The notes under the pieces: generated by a model
Seen by the model: the letters and a program-made list of their open reading frames with translations, nothing else
What the model was told of the DNA's origin: nothing
The model's database searches: none
Source of the DNA: Chrysochromulina tobinii
Lineage: Eukaryota
Length of the DNA: 56,476 nt
Direction of reading: 5' to 3'
Assembly (NCBI GenBank): GCA_001275005.1
Contig: JWZX01002988.1
Location: 1-56,476, forward strand
Shown: positions 12,779 through 24,067 of the stretch, piece after piece
Layout of the letters: each line of letters starts with the position of its first letter
Numbering within the stretch: the first letter of the stretch is position 1
Translations under genes and position numbers: made by a program

Positions 12779-15700
12779 ATGCTCAGATTCTTCGGATGGG
12801 GTTATCGTCGACGTCGCCGCGCGGTGAAACAGGGCGCGACCACCGTGGAACAGTTGTGGCTGAGTGCAGCTTTCGGCGTCTGGCAGCATAAGGTGGACGT
12901 GGCCCGAAAGACTGATCTTGCGGTGCGAAGCTTACAGAACAGCCACATCCGCAAAGTCTGGACTTCGTGGATCATGGGCACCGCCGAGAAACTGCACGAG
13001 CTCAACAAGCTCTCGCACAGCCTCAAACATTGTCTGCACCGCGAGTGTTCACGCGGATGGGTCACCTGGCAAGCCTTCCTCGAGGTGCTCCTGCAGTTGG
13101 AGGTCCTGAAAGGCGCACTAGCTCGTCTCATGCAGCGAGAACTGGCACGCGGGCTGTCAGCGTGGCTGGTATGGTGGGAGGAGCTGACGCAACGGCACAA
13201 TGCCTTGCAACGAGGGCTTTCTCGCATGCTTCATCAGCAGCTGTCTGGCGCGTTCGGCACGTGGACCGAGGTGTCAGGCGAAGCGGCCCAGCGAGTTCGG
13301 CTGAGTCGCAAAGGCATGGGCTTCATCATGCATCGTGGGCTCGCGCTCGGTATGGCCTCATGGCGCGCAGCGCACGAAGAGCGCGCACCATTTGCGATTG
13401 CCATCAATTTCTTTTGCCATCGAGAGCTTGCACGCAGCTGGATGTCCTGGCGGACGCTCTTTGAGGAGTACTCGCAAAAGCGCGAGGCGCTCGGCCCGGT
13501 GCTTGTGCGCTTGCGCCAGCGCCAGCTTTCTACGGCCTGCGGCTCGTGGGTGGACAGTGCGAATGAGCGTGCCGAGCAGGATCGCGTCGCTCGCAAGGCT
13601 TTGAGCTTTGCACTCCAGCGTGGGCTCGCACTTGGGATGGGGCCGTGGCGAGAAATGTGCGCCATGCAGAGGGCAGAGGCAGCTGTACTGACTCGCATGA
13701 TAAACAGGCACCTTGCTCAAGGCTTCGGAAGCTGGTACAAGTGGCACGTAGAGCTTGCGCACAAGCGGGACACCAAGAGCCGATCCTTGAGCCGCATGCT
13801 CCGTCGACAATTAACCCTGGCATGGCTTTCGTGGTCAGAGGCCGCCATGGAGCAGCGGACTGCGAAGGAGCGGAAGCTGGAGGCCGCCCGTCGGGCTCTG
13901 GTCAGTCACGAGCTTTCTCGCGGTTGGAACTCGTGGATGGCATACTACGAGGAGATCGCACAGTTGCATCTGGCGCTACGACAAGGGCTCGCTCACATGC
14001 TCCATCAGCAACAGGCTCGAGTCTTTGTCTCTTGGACGGAAACAGCTGCTGAGCGCGCCGAGCAGACGCGGCTTGGACGCAAAGTGATAGCCTTTACGCT
14101 CCATCGTGGGTTGGTGCTCGGGATGGTCTCGTGGCGCGCCGCGACCACCTTACGAACCGCTCTCAATTTGGCAGAAGCGATGCTGCATCGTTTGATCAAC
14201 CGCCAGCTCTCCTTAGGTTTCAGGTCTTGGGCGGAATGGGTCGAACAACAAGAGATGAATAGGCAGAGATTTTTGGAAGCTCTGGGATACTTTATGAATC
14301 GAGAGGCTGGCCGCAGCTGGACTGCGTGGCGAGAAATGATCGAGGACTTGGCTCACAGGCTGGGAGCGGTGAACCAGACAATGAGCCGAATGATGCAACG
14401 CGGCATGCTCCGCGGTTTCGAGGCTTGGAAGCAGGCATATTGTCGATGGTGCGAGGCATATTCCGACAATCCGATGGTGCGAGCCGCGAATCATCTGCGG
14501 AGCCGCGAGCTTACCCATGGGTTCAGCGCATGGTTGGGCGCGTTCAGGGAGTGGCAGCGCTCGCGCAAGGGCCTGAAGTTCATTGCCAATCCTGGGATGG
14601 CTCATGCCATGGCATTGTGGCGCGGGCTCGTCATGGAGCTCCTTCATGTACGCGAAGCCTTGATCCATGTGATCAATAGCCGGCTTTTGCGTAGCTTGTA
14701 CACCTGGCACGAGGCGGTCAAGGAGCTCTTGCATGTACGCAGGGCATTGATTCGTGTGATCAATCACAGAATTGCGCGTAGCTTGGACGCCTGGCATGAG
14801 GCAGCTAGAGAGCGGGCTGCAGATCGGGAGATATCGCGTATGGCTCGCAATTTTATCGTCAACCCTGGGATAGCTCGGGCCATGGCATCGTGGCGCGAGC
14901 TAGTCGCAGAGCTCCTGCATTTGCACGCGGCTTTGATCCGAGTGATCAATAGCCGGATATTGCGTAGCCTGTACATTTGGCACGGGGTAGTTGGGGAGCA
15001 GCTCGATCAACGCAACGCGATCCAAAAGGCGCTGCAGCGTATGCTCGAGCAGCGGCTAGCGCGCGGCTGGTACACCTGGCATGAGGCGGCCATCGAGCAG
15101 ATCGAGCATCACTATGCGATCCAGCATGCGCTGCAGCGAATGTTCGGGCAGCGGCTTGCGCGCGGCTGGAGCACGTTTTGTGAAGCACTGGCTCCGCGCG
15201 ACGATCCGATGGCAAGTGCGCTCCGTCACCTTCTCTATCGCAGCCTTTCACGTGGCTGGATAGCCTGGTGCTTGCACCTGGAGGATGTGGCCCATTGGAA
15301 GAGCGTCATGCAAAAACTACTTCATCGTGGCCTCTCACATGGCTGGGTGGCGTGGTGCTCGCACCTGGAGAACTTAGCTTACGGGCAGAGCGTGATGAAC
15401 AAATCCGTTGGGCGCTTGCGGCAACCGCGGGTTGCGCGGGCGATGCATTTGTGGCTCGAGGCGTACAATGCCCACGTGATCATGCGGACGGCCAAGGTCC
15501 GCCTGAGCAAGCGAGATCTCAACCGAGGCTTCGTGGCCTGGCTCGAGGCCTACGACGCCCATGTGACCTTTCGGATTGCCATGGTCCGCTTGCGCAAGCG
15601 AGGTCTGGCCCGTGGCTTCGTGAGTTGGACCGACTGGTGCTACGACCGCAAGTATGGTTTGCGAGCGAACGCTGGCGCGCTCCGCTACTTTTTGCGCTAT

Positions 15701-18457
15701 TTCACCAATCGCAGCCTGAGCCATGGCTTTCGTTCGTGGCGCAGCTTTGCGTGGGATGGGGCCTACAAAAAGGGCGTGATCCAGCTGATCATTAAGAAGC
15801 TCTCACAGCGCGGGCTTACCAACGCCTGGAACACGTGGCGTGGGAACGTGATAAGGCCGATGGTCGGCGTGGCCGGGCGGCTCATGAACTCAGCCCTCGC
15901 GCGTGCCTGGTGCGCGTGGCTCGAGCTCATCGAGTCGATCAAGCATCTCGCGGCCGCGATGCGCCACCTCACACATCGTGGGCTGTCACGTGGTTGGTTG
16001 GGTTGGCTGGCTGCGTGGCAGGAGTCGTCGCAGACGCGCAATGCATTCAAGGGCTCAATCGGTCGCTTGATGCATCGTGAGCGCCTTCGGTGCTGGAATG
16101 CCTGGATGGAGCATGCTGCAGAGCTTCGGGCGGACAAGGCTTCCCTCGGCCGCTTGAAGCGACGCGAGAGCGTTCGGTGCTGGAATGCCTGGATGGAGCA
16201 TGCTGCAGAGCTTCGGGCGGACAAGGCTTCCCTCGGCCGCTTGAAGCGACGCGAGAGCGTTCGGTGCTGGAATGCCTGGATGGAGCATACTGTTGAGCGT
16301 CGGGCAGAGCGGAATGCGCTGCGACGAGGTTTAGGCCGGCTGATCAACCGTCAGCTGACGAGTGCGTGGGGTGCGTGGGCCGAATTGGCCGCATTTCGAG
16401 GGCAGCAACTTCGCATTGTGAGGAAGTCTGCGAGCAAAATGTTACACAGTCGTCTCGCCGCGGCCATCGAGACGTGGTACAGCTTGGTCATCCCAGGTGC
16501 CAATGACCCTGCTGCGCCTCCTCGCGGCGTGATTCACGCCCTCAGGAGAGCAGGTTGGGTCGTCTCGGTGCGCATGGACCCGTTGGTAGGAGCCGTGGGG
16601 GCAGGCATGATGATGAAGACGCCATTTGCCAAGGGCTCCTCGACGCCTGGGACGGGCCCGCCAGCGTCCTCACCGTCGCTCGGCCTCTTTGACAAAATTC
16701 CTTCGCCAGCCTCGTCGCTACGTTCGCCAACCCCTCGTTCACCGTCCTTGGGGGGGAGCACGACGCCATATGCCCATAGCGGCGGCGAGAGGTGGGTTGT
16801 CCCGGCCAATGAGCACCGAGTTGTGCTCGTGGCCGAGCGCACTGTGGCCGCTCATCTGCTCAAGTATTCCAGCGCTGCTGAAGCAACGCCCATGTCCCGT
16901 GCCATCGGTTTCTTAATCAATCGAGAGCTGTCGCGCGGCTGGCAGGCGTGGCTGATCCTTTTCCAGATCTGCTGCACTCGCAATTCGTTGCAGGTTGGCC
17001 TCCTTCGGCTGATGCATCGCCAGTTGCATCGTGGCTGGAGCGCATGGGCGGCCATGGCGGCGGCCAACAGCCCACTCATGCACCTGGCGCGCAAGGCGAT
17101 GCACCGGTTGGCGAAAAGCCAGCTGGCCTTCGGCTTCACAGCTTGGCGCGACAAGGTGGGGCGCCCGTGGCGGGGTTGGGTGGTGCCCCTCTACTCCGAA
17201 GAGGCTCGTGCGATTCCGGTCCACAGGGTCAAGGCAGACTCGACTGCCCCGAGCACCGATTGGAAGAAGTGGTTGCGCGGAGAGCTTGGAAAACCCTCGG
17301 ACTCGAGCATCTACGCGGCCGCCGTCGGCAGGGATGGTGACATCTACTGCGCGGGGAAGGACGGGGACCTGCGGATCATCGATCCGAAGAGTGGGCGGGT
17401 CCTGACCCAGCTGCCCGGCCACACGGAGCGCGTCTGCGCGCTCGCCAAGATGTCGGACGAGCTGCTCGCGTCGGCCAGCAACGACAAGACGATTCGGCTG
17501 TGGCGGATGAACGAGGCATCGTGCTTTGGCACGCTTCGCGGCCACAAGGGCGCCGTGTCAGCCTTGCTCGCTGTCAACGATCGGATACTCGTATCGGGCG
17601 CCCACGACCAGGCAGTCAAGGTCTGGGATCTGCGCGACGGCCTCGGGTGCACGGCAACCTTCCGGCTCGACGGCAGCTCCGCGTCCAAGACGCGCGATGC
17701 CACCAAGTATCGCGCCCCTAGCCCGATCACCAACGCGCCCTCGTGCGCCGTCGTGTCGCTTAGCAGCCGCGAGCAGATTGTCGCCGCAGGCACCTGGGGC
17801 GGCGCGGTGCACCTATGCGATGTGCAACGTGGCCGCCCCTCGACGAGTTTCGAAGCCTGCTCGGGCGCCGTGTGGTCGCTGCTCGCTCCCAAGGAGATCT
17901 CGGGATGGTCGGCGCCCGGGATGTTGCTGACCGCGGGCTCCGACGGGCTGGTACGGCTCTGGGACATACGTGCGGACGTTCGGGAGCCCGCAAGCGTGCT
18001 AGCGGGTGGCGCGAGCGCCGCGGGCGGCGCCATATACGCGATGGTCGAGGACGAGGGGCTTCTGATCACTGGTGGCCACGACCATATGGTCAAGGTGTGG
18101 GACTGCCGGATGGGGCGCTGCCTTTTCGACCTGCCCGGTCACAGCGAGCCCGTGCGCTGCCTGGCAGTCGACGAGCATGATCGGACGCTCATTTCGGGCT
18201 CGACGGATGGGACCGTGCGCCTCTGGCAGCTCGATACGGTGCACAAGGGGCCGAGGGCGGCGCCGCCACGAGAGGAGGACGATGCGCTCGACCTCGAGGG
18301 CAGGCCGGAGTTTCGACAAACAAGTGTCGAGGAGAGTTTCGAGGGCAAGCCGGAGGTGCAGCCGGAGCAAAGTGCCTCGTTGTCTATGGCGACCGGGAAG
18401 CAAGTTCGGGCTGGCCGCTCGAAGAATGTCAAGGCTAAGGCGCTGCCAGAACTATGA
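12779..18457 (+). CDS. Sfi1-like Trp-repeat helical protein with C-terminal WD40 propeller (1892 aa)
   Basis: Dozens of ~28-33 aa L..R.L.RG[W/F]..W repeats, then WD40 repeats (GHTERV..ASASNDKTIRLW, GHKGAV..SGAHDQAVKVWD, GHSEPV..SGSTDGTVRLW). Confidence 0.75.
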   Translation: MLRFFGWGYRRRRRAVKQGATTVEQLWLSAAFGVWQHKVDVARKTDLAVRSLQNSHIRKVWTSWIMGTAEKLHELNKLSHSLKHCLHRECSRGWVTWQAFLEVLLQLEVLKGALARLMQRELARGLSAWLVWWEELTQRHNALQRGLSRMLHQQLSGAFGTWTEVSGEAAQRVRLSRKGMGFIMHRGLALGMASWRAAHEERAPFAIAINFFCHRELARSWMSWRTLFEEYSQKREALGPVLVRLRQRQLSTACGSWVDSANERAEQDRVARKALSFALQRGLALGMGPWREMCAMQRAEAAVLTRMINRHLAQGFGSWYKWHVELAHKRDTKSRSLSRMLRRQLTLAWLSWSEAAMEQRTAKERKLEAARRALVSHELSRGWNSWMAYYEEIAQLHLALRQGLAHMLHQQQARVFVSWTETAAERAEQTRLGRKVIAFTLHRGLVLGMVSWRAATTLRTALNLAEAMLHRLINRQLSLGFRSWAEWVEQQEMNRQRFLEALGYFMNREAGRSWTAWREMIEDLAHRLGAVNQTMSRMMQRGMLRGFEAWKQAYCRWCEAYSDNPMVRAANHLRSRELTHGFSAWLGAFREWQRSRKGLKFIANPGMAHAMALWRGLVMELLHVREALIHVINSRLLRSLYTWHEAVKELLHVRRALIRVINHRIARSLDAWHEAARERAADREISRMARNFIVNPGIARAMASWRELVAELLHLHAALIRVINSRILRSLYIWHGVVGEQLDQRNAIQKALQRMLEQRLARGWYTWHEAAIEQIEHHYAIQHALQRMFGQRLARGWSTFCEALAPRDDPMASALRHLLYRSLSRGWIAWCLHLEDVAHWKSVMQKLLHRGLSHGWVAWCSHLENLAYGQSVMNKSVGRLRQPRVARAMHLWLEAYNAHVIMRTAKVRLSKRDLNRGFVAWLEAYDAHVTFRIAMVRLRKRGLARGFVSWTDWCYDRKYGLRANAGALRYFLRYFTNRSLSHGFRSWRSFAWDGAYKKGVIQLIIKKLSQRGLTNAWNTWRGNVIRPMVGVAGRLMNSALARAWCAWLELIESIKHLAAAMRHLTHRGLSRGWLGWLAAWQESSQTRNAFKGSIGRLMHRERLRCWNAWMEHAAELRADKASLGRLKRRESVRCWNAWMEHAAELRADKASLGRLKRRESVRCWNAWMEHTVERRAERNALRRGLGRLINRQLTSAWGAWAELAAFRGQQLRIVRKSASKMLHSRLAAAIETWYSLVIPGANDPAAPPRGVIHALRRAGWVVSVRMDPLVGAVGAGMMMKTPFAKGSSTPGTGPPASSPSLGLFDKIPSPASSLRSPTPRSPSLGGSTTPYAHSGGERWVVPANEHRVVLVAERTVAAHLLKYSSAAEATPMSRAIGFLINRELSRGWQAWLILFQICCTRNSLQVGLLRLMHRQLHRGWSAWAAMAAANSPLMHLARKAMHRLAKSQLAFGFTAWRDKVGRPWRGWVVPLYSEEARAIPVHRVKADSTAPSTDWKKWLRGELGKPSDSSIYAAAVGRDGDIYCAGKDGDLRIIDPKSGRVLTQLPGHTERVCALAKMSDELLASASNDKTIRLWRMNEASCFGTLRGHKGAVSALLAVNDRILVSGAHDQAVKVWDLRDGLGCTATFRLDGSSASKTRDATKYRAPSPITNAPSCAVVSLSSREQIVAAGTWGGAVHLCDVQRGRPSTSFEACSGAVWSLLAPKEISGWSAPGMLLTAGSDGLVRLWDIRADVREPASVLAGGASAAGGAIYAMVEDEGLLITGGHDHMVKVWDCRMGRCLFDLPGHSEPVRCLAVDEHDRTLISGSTDGTVRLWQLDTVHKGPRAAPPREEDDALDLEGRPEFRQTSVEESFEGKPEVQPEQSASLSMATGKQVRAGRSKNVKAKALPEL
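16086..16287 (+). repeat. Exact 87-nt (29-aa) tandem duplication, ~2.3 copies, inside the Sfi1-like gene
   Basis: ttcggtgctggaatgcctggatggagcat recurs at 16086, 16173 and 16260. Confidence 0.95.
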
Positions 18458-18740
18458 AAACCGTCCGTAGCCTTTGCGCTGTGGCGCGTGTCGTGTTCGC
18501 AGACGCACAGTGGTCAGTGTGACAGAGCAGCAAACTGGGGTTGCACAGTGCGGCCGGCCGTCGGCGTGCTGCCCGTGGCCGTGCGAGCGGACCCGTTCGC
18601 GGTTCGGATCCTTCTAGACGAGACAAATCTTCAACCCTTAGATGTATTTGTGACATGTGAATCTGAATCTAGAACATATAGATCTGAAACACGACATGTC
18701 ACACTCAACGCGCGGAATGACTACTCACGCGGCCCTGCCC

Positions 18741-20983
18741 TCAGAATCGTGACAGTCCGGCACTCAGAGGCGCCCCCTGGTCAGGCGGCATTTCGAGCTT
18801 GGAACTCACTGGCGGCGGTCGATGAGCACGAGAGTGGATGAGGAAGTCGGACGGCATGAGGACCGTCGGGTCGACCGATGTGGCCGTGCCGCCGGAGCTC
18901 GAGCTCACGCTGGCACCGTCGGCCAGCGAGTCCGCGACCGAGTCCCGACGGGGCAGCGTGACGGCACGCGTCGAGCATGAGGACGACGCAGCAGCGGCCA
19001 TGGGCGTGGCGCTCACGGATGCGGGTGAGACGGGTGGCGAGGCGTCCTCAAACGGCCGCGGTGTACCGACGACGCGCAGCGCGAGCCGGTTAATGGCAGC
19101 CTCGACGAGTGCGACCGCGAGCGACGCGTTGTGCTGGGCGATCTCGTCGGCGTGCTGCGCCTCGATGTGTACCGCCAGCGCAGCCTCGAGGCCTACAGCG
19201 AAGGATAGACCAAATCGAGTTTGGGCTGTCTGACGTGCGATGGAGGCGAGCTCGGCGGGCGTGTAGTCCTCGAGGAGGAGCGTCTTGGGGAAGCGTCGCA
19301 CTAGCCCCGGGTCCGCGCGCATCAGACCGTCCATTGCATCTCGATAGCCTGCCAGCACCACGCAGAGCGAGGTGCGATTCGACTCGACCTCCGTGAGCAG
19401 GGTCCGGATCGCCTCATCAGAGAATGCGTCGCCGCGCGCCTCGCCGTTGCGACTCGAGCCCGCGAGCGCGTACGCCTCGTCCAGGAAGAGGCAGCCGCCC
19501 AGGGCCGCCTGCACCATCTCCTTGACTTGCGGGCACGTCCACCCAATGTGTGTGCCCTTGAGCTCGAGAGCGTTGCGTTCGACAAAGACAGGGCGCTTGA
19601 GTAGCCCGTAGGCTCGGAGCGCCTTGAAGAGGAGCCGAGCTGCCGTCGTCTTGCCGGCGCCGGGGTTGCCGGTGAGCACGAGGTTGAGGCACGCCTCGAG
19701 GAGCCTCGGGTCGCCACCGCGCTCGACGAATTCCACCTTGGCGCGCAGCATCAAAATGGGGGCAATTAGCATGCAATCGGGGGGCAGCCAGCATGCAATC
19801 GGAGGCAATCAGCTCGTCACCTTGGCGCGCAGCTCGGCGAGGTACCGCTTGAGCGGTGCCATGCCGATCAAGCCAGCAACCTCCGCGTCCACCGCGGCCC
19901 GCTCGGCCAGCAGTGACTGCAACCCGTGGGCCTGCAGCCCCAGGTCCGCGGCGGAGAGGATGAGGGGCGCCGAGAGCAGCCGTGGGAGCGCGAGCCGCCC
20001 GTTGCGGTGCGTGACCGCACGCTGCACGAGCTCCGAGGCGAGGTGGGCGTTCCGCATCGCGAGCACCTGTGGGGAGTGAGAACGTCGTGGTGAGCACATG
20101 CATGCCTCGGGGGCTCTTGGGTTGTCCGCATCGCGAGTACATCACGCGACCACGTGGCGCTGAGGGCGATCTGCAGCTCGCAGGGGCCGAGGCCGTCGGC
20201 GAGGGCGTAGCCGCGCTCGACGAGCCGGCGCTGCGCGATCTCGGCGAGCTCCGCCGGCGCGTAGTTGGGCAGCTGGAGCCACACGGGCTCCACCTTGCGA
20301 AAGTGGCTCACCGCGCCGTGGAGTGCTTCGATTCGATCCGTCGGGCCGAGGAAGATGAAGCAGTGGTCGGGGTAGTTGGCGAGGACGGCATCGACTTTGC
20401 CGCGCATGCTCTCGATCTTGTCGAGCCCATCGATGATCACGCACGACACGTCGCGCCGCACGTCGAGCACCAGGCCCTCGAGCGTCGTGCGTGTGGAGAC
20501 CATCCCGCGCGCGACGCCGAGTGCGCGCAGCAGCTCGGTCAGCGTCTCGGCGGCGAGCTTCTTGCCAACACCGAGGTTGCCCGAGATGAGCACGTTACGC
20601 ACGCACGGCGGCTCGCCCAGCGCTGTGCGCGCGAGGCAGTCACGCCGCTGGCTAGCGCAGTACTCCTTGATCGGCACGAGGCCGATCAACCTCTCGAGCG
20701 CCATGTCGACGCGGGCGAGCTTGGCCGGGTCGGCGGCCTTGCAAAGGCGGGCGATCTGGCGATACTCAGGTGTGCGCAGCCGACTGGCGATCACGGTCGA
20801 CTCGTGCTCTCGCCGTGCAGCCAGCAAGCTGTTCGCTGCCGCCTTCCGGCGGACTGCCAGGCCCTCCTGTCGCACTGTGAAGCCGCGCCAGGCGGCCTGC
20901 GCTTTGGTCGCGGCGACCAAGGGCGTCGAATGCAAGGTTGTTGAAAATTCCGAACGGGCCCGCTTGAACGGGCGCTCCTCCAT
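18741..20983 (-). CDS. CbbX/CfxQ/SpoVK-family tandem AAA+ ATPase with N-terminal IQ-like motif (exons 20983-20141, 20066-19821, 19736-18741; ~694 aa)
   Basis: AATKAQAAWRG IQ-like motif. Module 1: LIGLVPIK..GNLGVGKKL. Module 2: LIGMAPLK..GNPGAGKTT, FLDEAY, VLAGY, DPGLVRRF, DYTPAEL. Two introns join three ORFs in frame. Confidence 0.85.
19737..19820 (-). other. Spliceosomal intron, 84 nt, phase 0, flanked by perfect 16-nt direct repeat
   Basis: GCTGCGCGCCAAG|GTG occurs at both junctions (+ strand 19734-19749 and 19818-19833). An in-frame TGA inside means splicing is required. Confidence 0.85.
20067..20140 (-). other. Spliceosomal intron, 74 nt, phase 0, flanked by 16-nt direct repeat
   Basis: The intron starts GTACTCGCGATGCGGA and the next exon starts GTGCTCGCGATGCGGA (15/16). 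It ends CTCCCCACAG. Confidence 0.85.
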
Positions 20984-21358
20984 GTGGAGCGAGAGCTATT
21001 GGATGGAGACCTCCAGCCTCTGGGAGGCCCGAAAATAGGAAATTCCTAGGACGGGCGCTTTTGTGTCTTCTTTGAAAAGGCATGCAAAAACTCGCGGTTT
21101 CAGATGCGACATGTAGAACGACCTCGATAGGCTCTGCCCGCCTAGGCGACTTTCGAAGTTCACACTCGCGCCGACTGAGAAGCGCTGAGTGACTCTACTA
21201 CGGTACGTCAGACGCACGCGCGCGCATCTCGACCTTCGGGTGGGATGACCAGCCTGTGTTAGGTATGTGTCGTTCCCCAACACGTGAAAGTCAAACCTTT
21301 CTTGTTACTACTAGATATCCAAAAATTCTCTCCAACGCGCTCGCTTTACCATGTCGCT

Positions 21359-22763
21359 TCACAGAAAAGTTGAGAGCAACTCATACAGCTCGTGAGGCGT
21401 CTCGTTGCCGTATCCGTACTTCGCTCGGCGCAGCAGCTGGTGCGTGGCGCACGAATGCGGGATGCACCGGAAGGTGCAGAACTCGCCTGTGGACTGGCGA
21501 CACTTGTACGTGTCGGCCGTCGTTCGCGCCGGTAAGGTCTCGTTGCATGCAATGGGGCCGCCGCGAGTCGTGAGCCGTTTCGTCATGGCGTACTTGCGCC
21601 GCACCTGACTCGAACAGTGGCAAACAGTGGCAACCCATATCAATCCGTGGCAGTCAGTGGCAGTCAGTGGCAGTCAGAGGCACTCCAAGGCACTCCGTCT
21701 AACTGGGCAGCACTCTTCACAGTACTCTTCACAGCACCTGTCTCGACCACAAGCGCTCTTGCTCGAAGGTGTCCTGGCCGAAGCTGTTAGGAAAAAGCCC
21801 CTCGTAAGGCTCGAACTCCCACGTGACCGCCGCGTTGCGCTCGGGCCCCGTGCGGATCTGGTGCCACCACCCTTCGGGGATGAAAAGCGCGTCGCCGCCG
21901 CGCAGATGCGCCACCATGCCGCCCTCGAGCTGCGCGAACATGGGCCACTTGTCGAGATCGACGCGCTCCGGGTTGACAGGCGATTCGCCATATCGGACGT
22001 GATAGTCCATGTACATCTTGTGCGACTGCGAGGGCGGGAACAAGTAGATCGACTTGGTGCCAAAGACCTGCAGCATCAGATTATCTTTTGTGTCAATGTG
22101 AAGTTCGCTCGTCGTGTTGCCCGAGCTCATCCACAGGCGCGTCTCATGCACCGACTCGTGCATCTCGGGGCACTGGAGCACCGCAGGCATCTCCACGTGT
22201 TTGCCAAGCTGCACGCCCGGGTCAGTCAGTGGCGCGATCAGGTACATTTTATCCTTGAACTCCGGTTTGAGGTAGTCGCGCAGGAAAGTGCAAAAATTGA
22301 TCGGCTCACGCGGACCGCGCGTGCTGTTCACAACCACCTTGCTCATTTCCACGTTCGCCAGCCATGGGCCGCCGCCGTGAGCGTCGTCGAGGTGGCACCG
22401 CCGTGATAGGAAGTCATCGGTCCACGCGACTCCACCAGTCGCGGCCGCGGCCGCACCAGCGAGCACGACGGGCTCAGCCGCAGCAACATGCTTCTCGTAG
22501 AAGACACGCGGGTCCGACATCGTCACGCGGGGCACATTGGGCATCGATTTCTGCTGCGACCCCATCCGCTCAAGGTGGCCCTTGCGACGGTGGCATTTTC
22601 GCGCCGTGAACGTCTCATCCGACGGCCAGCGCTCGCACTTGTGCACGTGGCACTCACGTTGGGTCTTGGCCGGCCGAAAGGATGGAAGCACGTCGCGGTA
22701 GCGCGTCTGGTCGCCGATCACAGGTGATAGCAAGAAGGGTAAGCAAAACACCCTGTGCAGCAT
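21359..22763 (-). CDS. Secretory-pathway JmjC/cupin-like (JMJD5/JMJD8/FIH-type) 2OG-Fe(II) oxygenase (exons 22763-21738, 21604-21359; ~423 aa)
   Basis: LWMSSG..SELHIDTKDNLMLQVFGTK..FPP; L.GGDALFIPEGWWHQI. Hydrophobic N-terminus after ATG 22763. Confidence 0.85.
21605..21737 (-). other. Spliceosomal intron, 133 nt, phase 0, flanked by 13-nt direct repeat
   Basis: TCGAGACAG|GTGC at the donor vs TCGAGTCAG|GTGC at the acceptor (12/13). The interior has CTGACTGCCA x3 and GAGTGCCT x2. Confidence 0.8.
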
Positions 22764-23023
22764 TTTTTTCCGAGCGCGCGGGCGACTTTGGGTGAGAATG
22801 GTGTGTGAAAAGGACAGCTCTGGATTTTCTCGATTCTGGCGTCCCCGCGCTCTCACTCTGCAACGACGAGTTCCTTGTGTGTTGATGTCATGGTTGACTG
22901 TGGAGCTTTTGTTAACGGTCACCAGAGGGGGGGAGGACAGACACGTGTTGCTATGGTGACGTTTTGCATCTACAAACAGTCGGGCATCTTACTGAAGAGG
23001 GAGATGCCCACCACCTTGCGCAC

Positions 23024-24067
23024 CTAGCTACGAGCTTGCCTCGATGGCTTGCCCAGCGCATCAAGGAGCGCATTCGCCTGGTCGGCCGGGCTCAGCCTGG
23101 ACGCCGAGTGGCTCAGCCCCATGCGCACGTTGGCCTCACTGAGCACATTGGGGACGACCGGTAGGAGGTCCTCGAGCTCGAGCTCACGTGCGATGAGGCG
23201 TACAAGCTTCATCAGGGGCGGAGCCTGTTCGGCGGCGTCTGCCCCCTCAAACGGATTGGGGGGTGGAGGGTAGATTGCGGGATAGAGTGCCCGAGAGTGC
23301 CCGAGATTGCCCGAGATTGCGGGAGGATAGAGTGCCCGAGACGCCAAGCGCAAGCGAGCCATCGGTGACGGGGCGACGGGCGATGACGTCGGCTCCGATT
23401 CCTCGGAGTGGTCTTCAGAGGACTCCGACTCGGATGACTCCGACGATGACGCCCACGACGGCGCTCTCGGCGGCGCTGGCGCATACGAAGGCGATGAAGG
23501 AGGCTCGGGCGGTGGCGGCGGCGGTGGTGCTCGAGGCGACGCTCCTGCAGGTGGCGACGGCTCTGAGTGGTCCCTAACCATATTTGGGTGGTCCCCGGGA
23601 AGGTTGAGACGATGGCCCATAGAGCCTCTCGTGAGACTGCTCACGTCCACGCGGCGCACCGCGGCGTACGATTCGTACGATTCGGTGGCTCCGATGACTC
23701 CGACGATTTCCAAGGCAGGTCCCGCCGTGGGTCTTCCCATCGTCGGCTTGCTCCGCACAGGCCCACGCGCTTTGTCTAATTCAGGTAATCCCATCGGAGC
23801 TGAAAGATGGCCATATGCCGCGAGCCTATCCATCTCCTCGGAGGCGAGTCGCTTGCGCTCGGACGCACGGCGCCGGTCCTCATCGCGCTGCCACAGCGCA
23901 GAACTTTTAGAGATCGGAGCTGATAGACAGCCAAACGCCGCGAGCCGCGCCCTCTCCTTATCGGCAAGTCGTTTGCGCTCGGCCGCACGCCGCTGTTCAT
24001 CCCTAACTTGCCACAGCGGCTTTGTGATAGGCTTCATGGCTGCGCGCATCTCCTCGACAGAGGGCAT
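23024..24067 (-). CDS. Hypothetical protein with duplicated ~39-aa N-terminal unit and Pro/Ser/Glu-rich linker
   Basis: 347-aa ORF; LWQ.RDE.RR.A.ERKRLA.....RLAA.G.LSAP occurs twice; divergent from the gene at 24357. Confidence 0.6.
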   Translation of the reverse strand: MPSVEEMRAAMKPITKPLWQVRDEQRRAAERKRLADKERARLAAFGCLSAPISKSSALWQRDEDRRRASERKRLASEEMDRLAAYGHLSAPMGLPELDKARGPVRSKPTMGRPTAGPALEIVGVIGATESYESYAAVRRVDVSSLTRGSMGHRLNLPGDHPNMVRDHSEPSPPAGASPRAPPPPPPPEPPSSPSYAPAPPRAPSWASSSESSESESSEDHSEESEPTSSPVAPSPMARLRLASRALYPPAISGNLGHSRALYPAIYPPPPNPFEGADAAEQAPPLMKLVRLIARELELEDLLPVVPNVLSEANVRMGLSHSASRLSPADQANALLDALGKPSRQARS

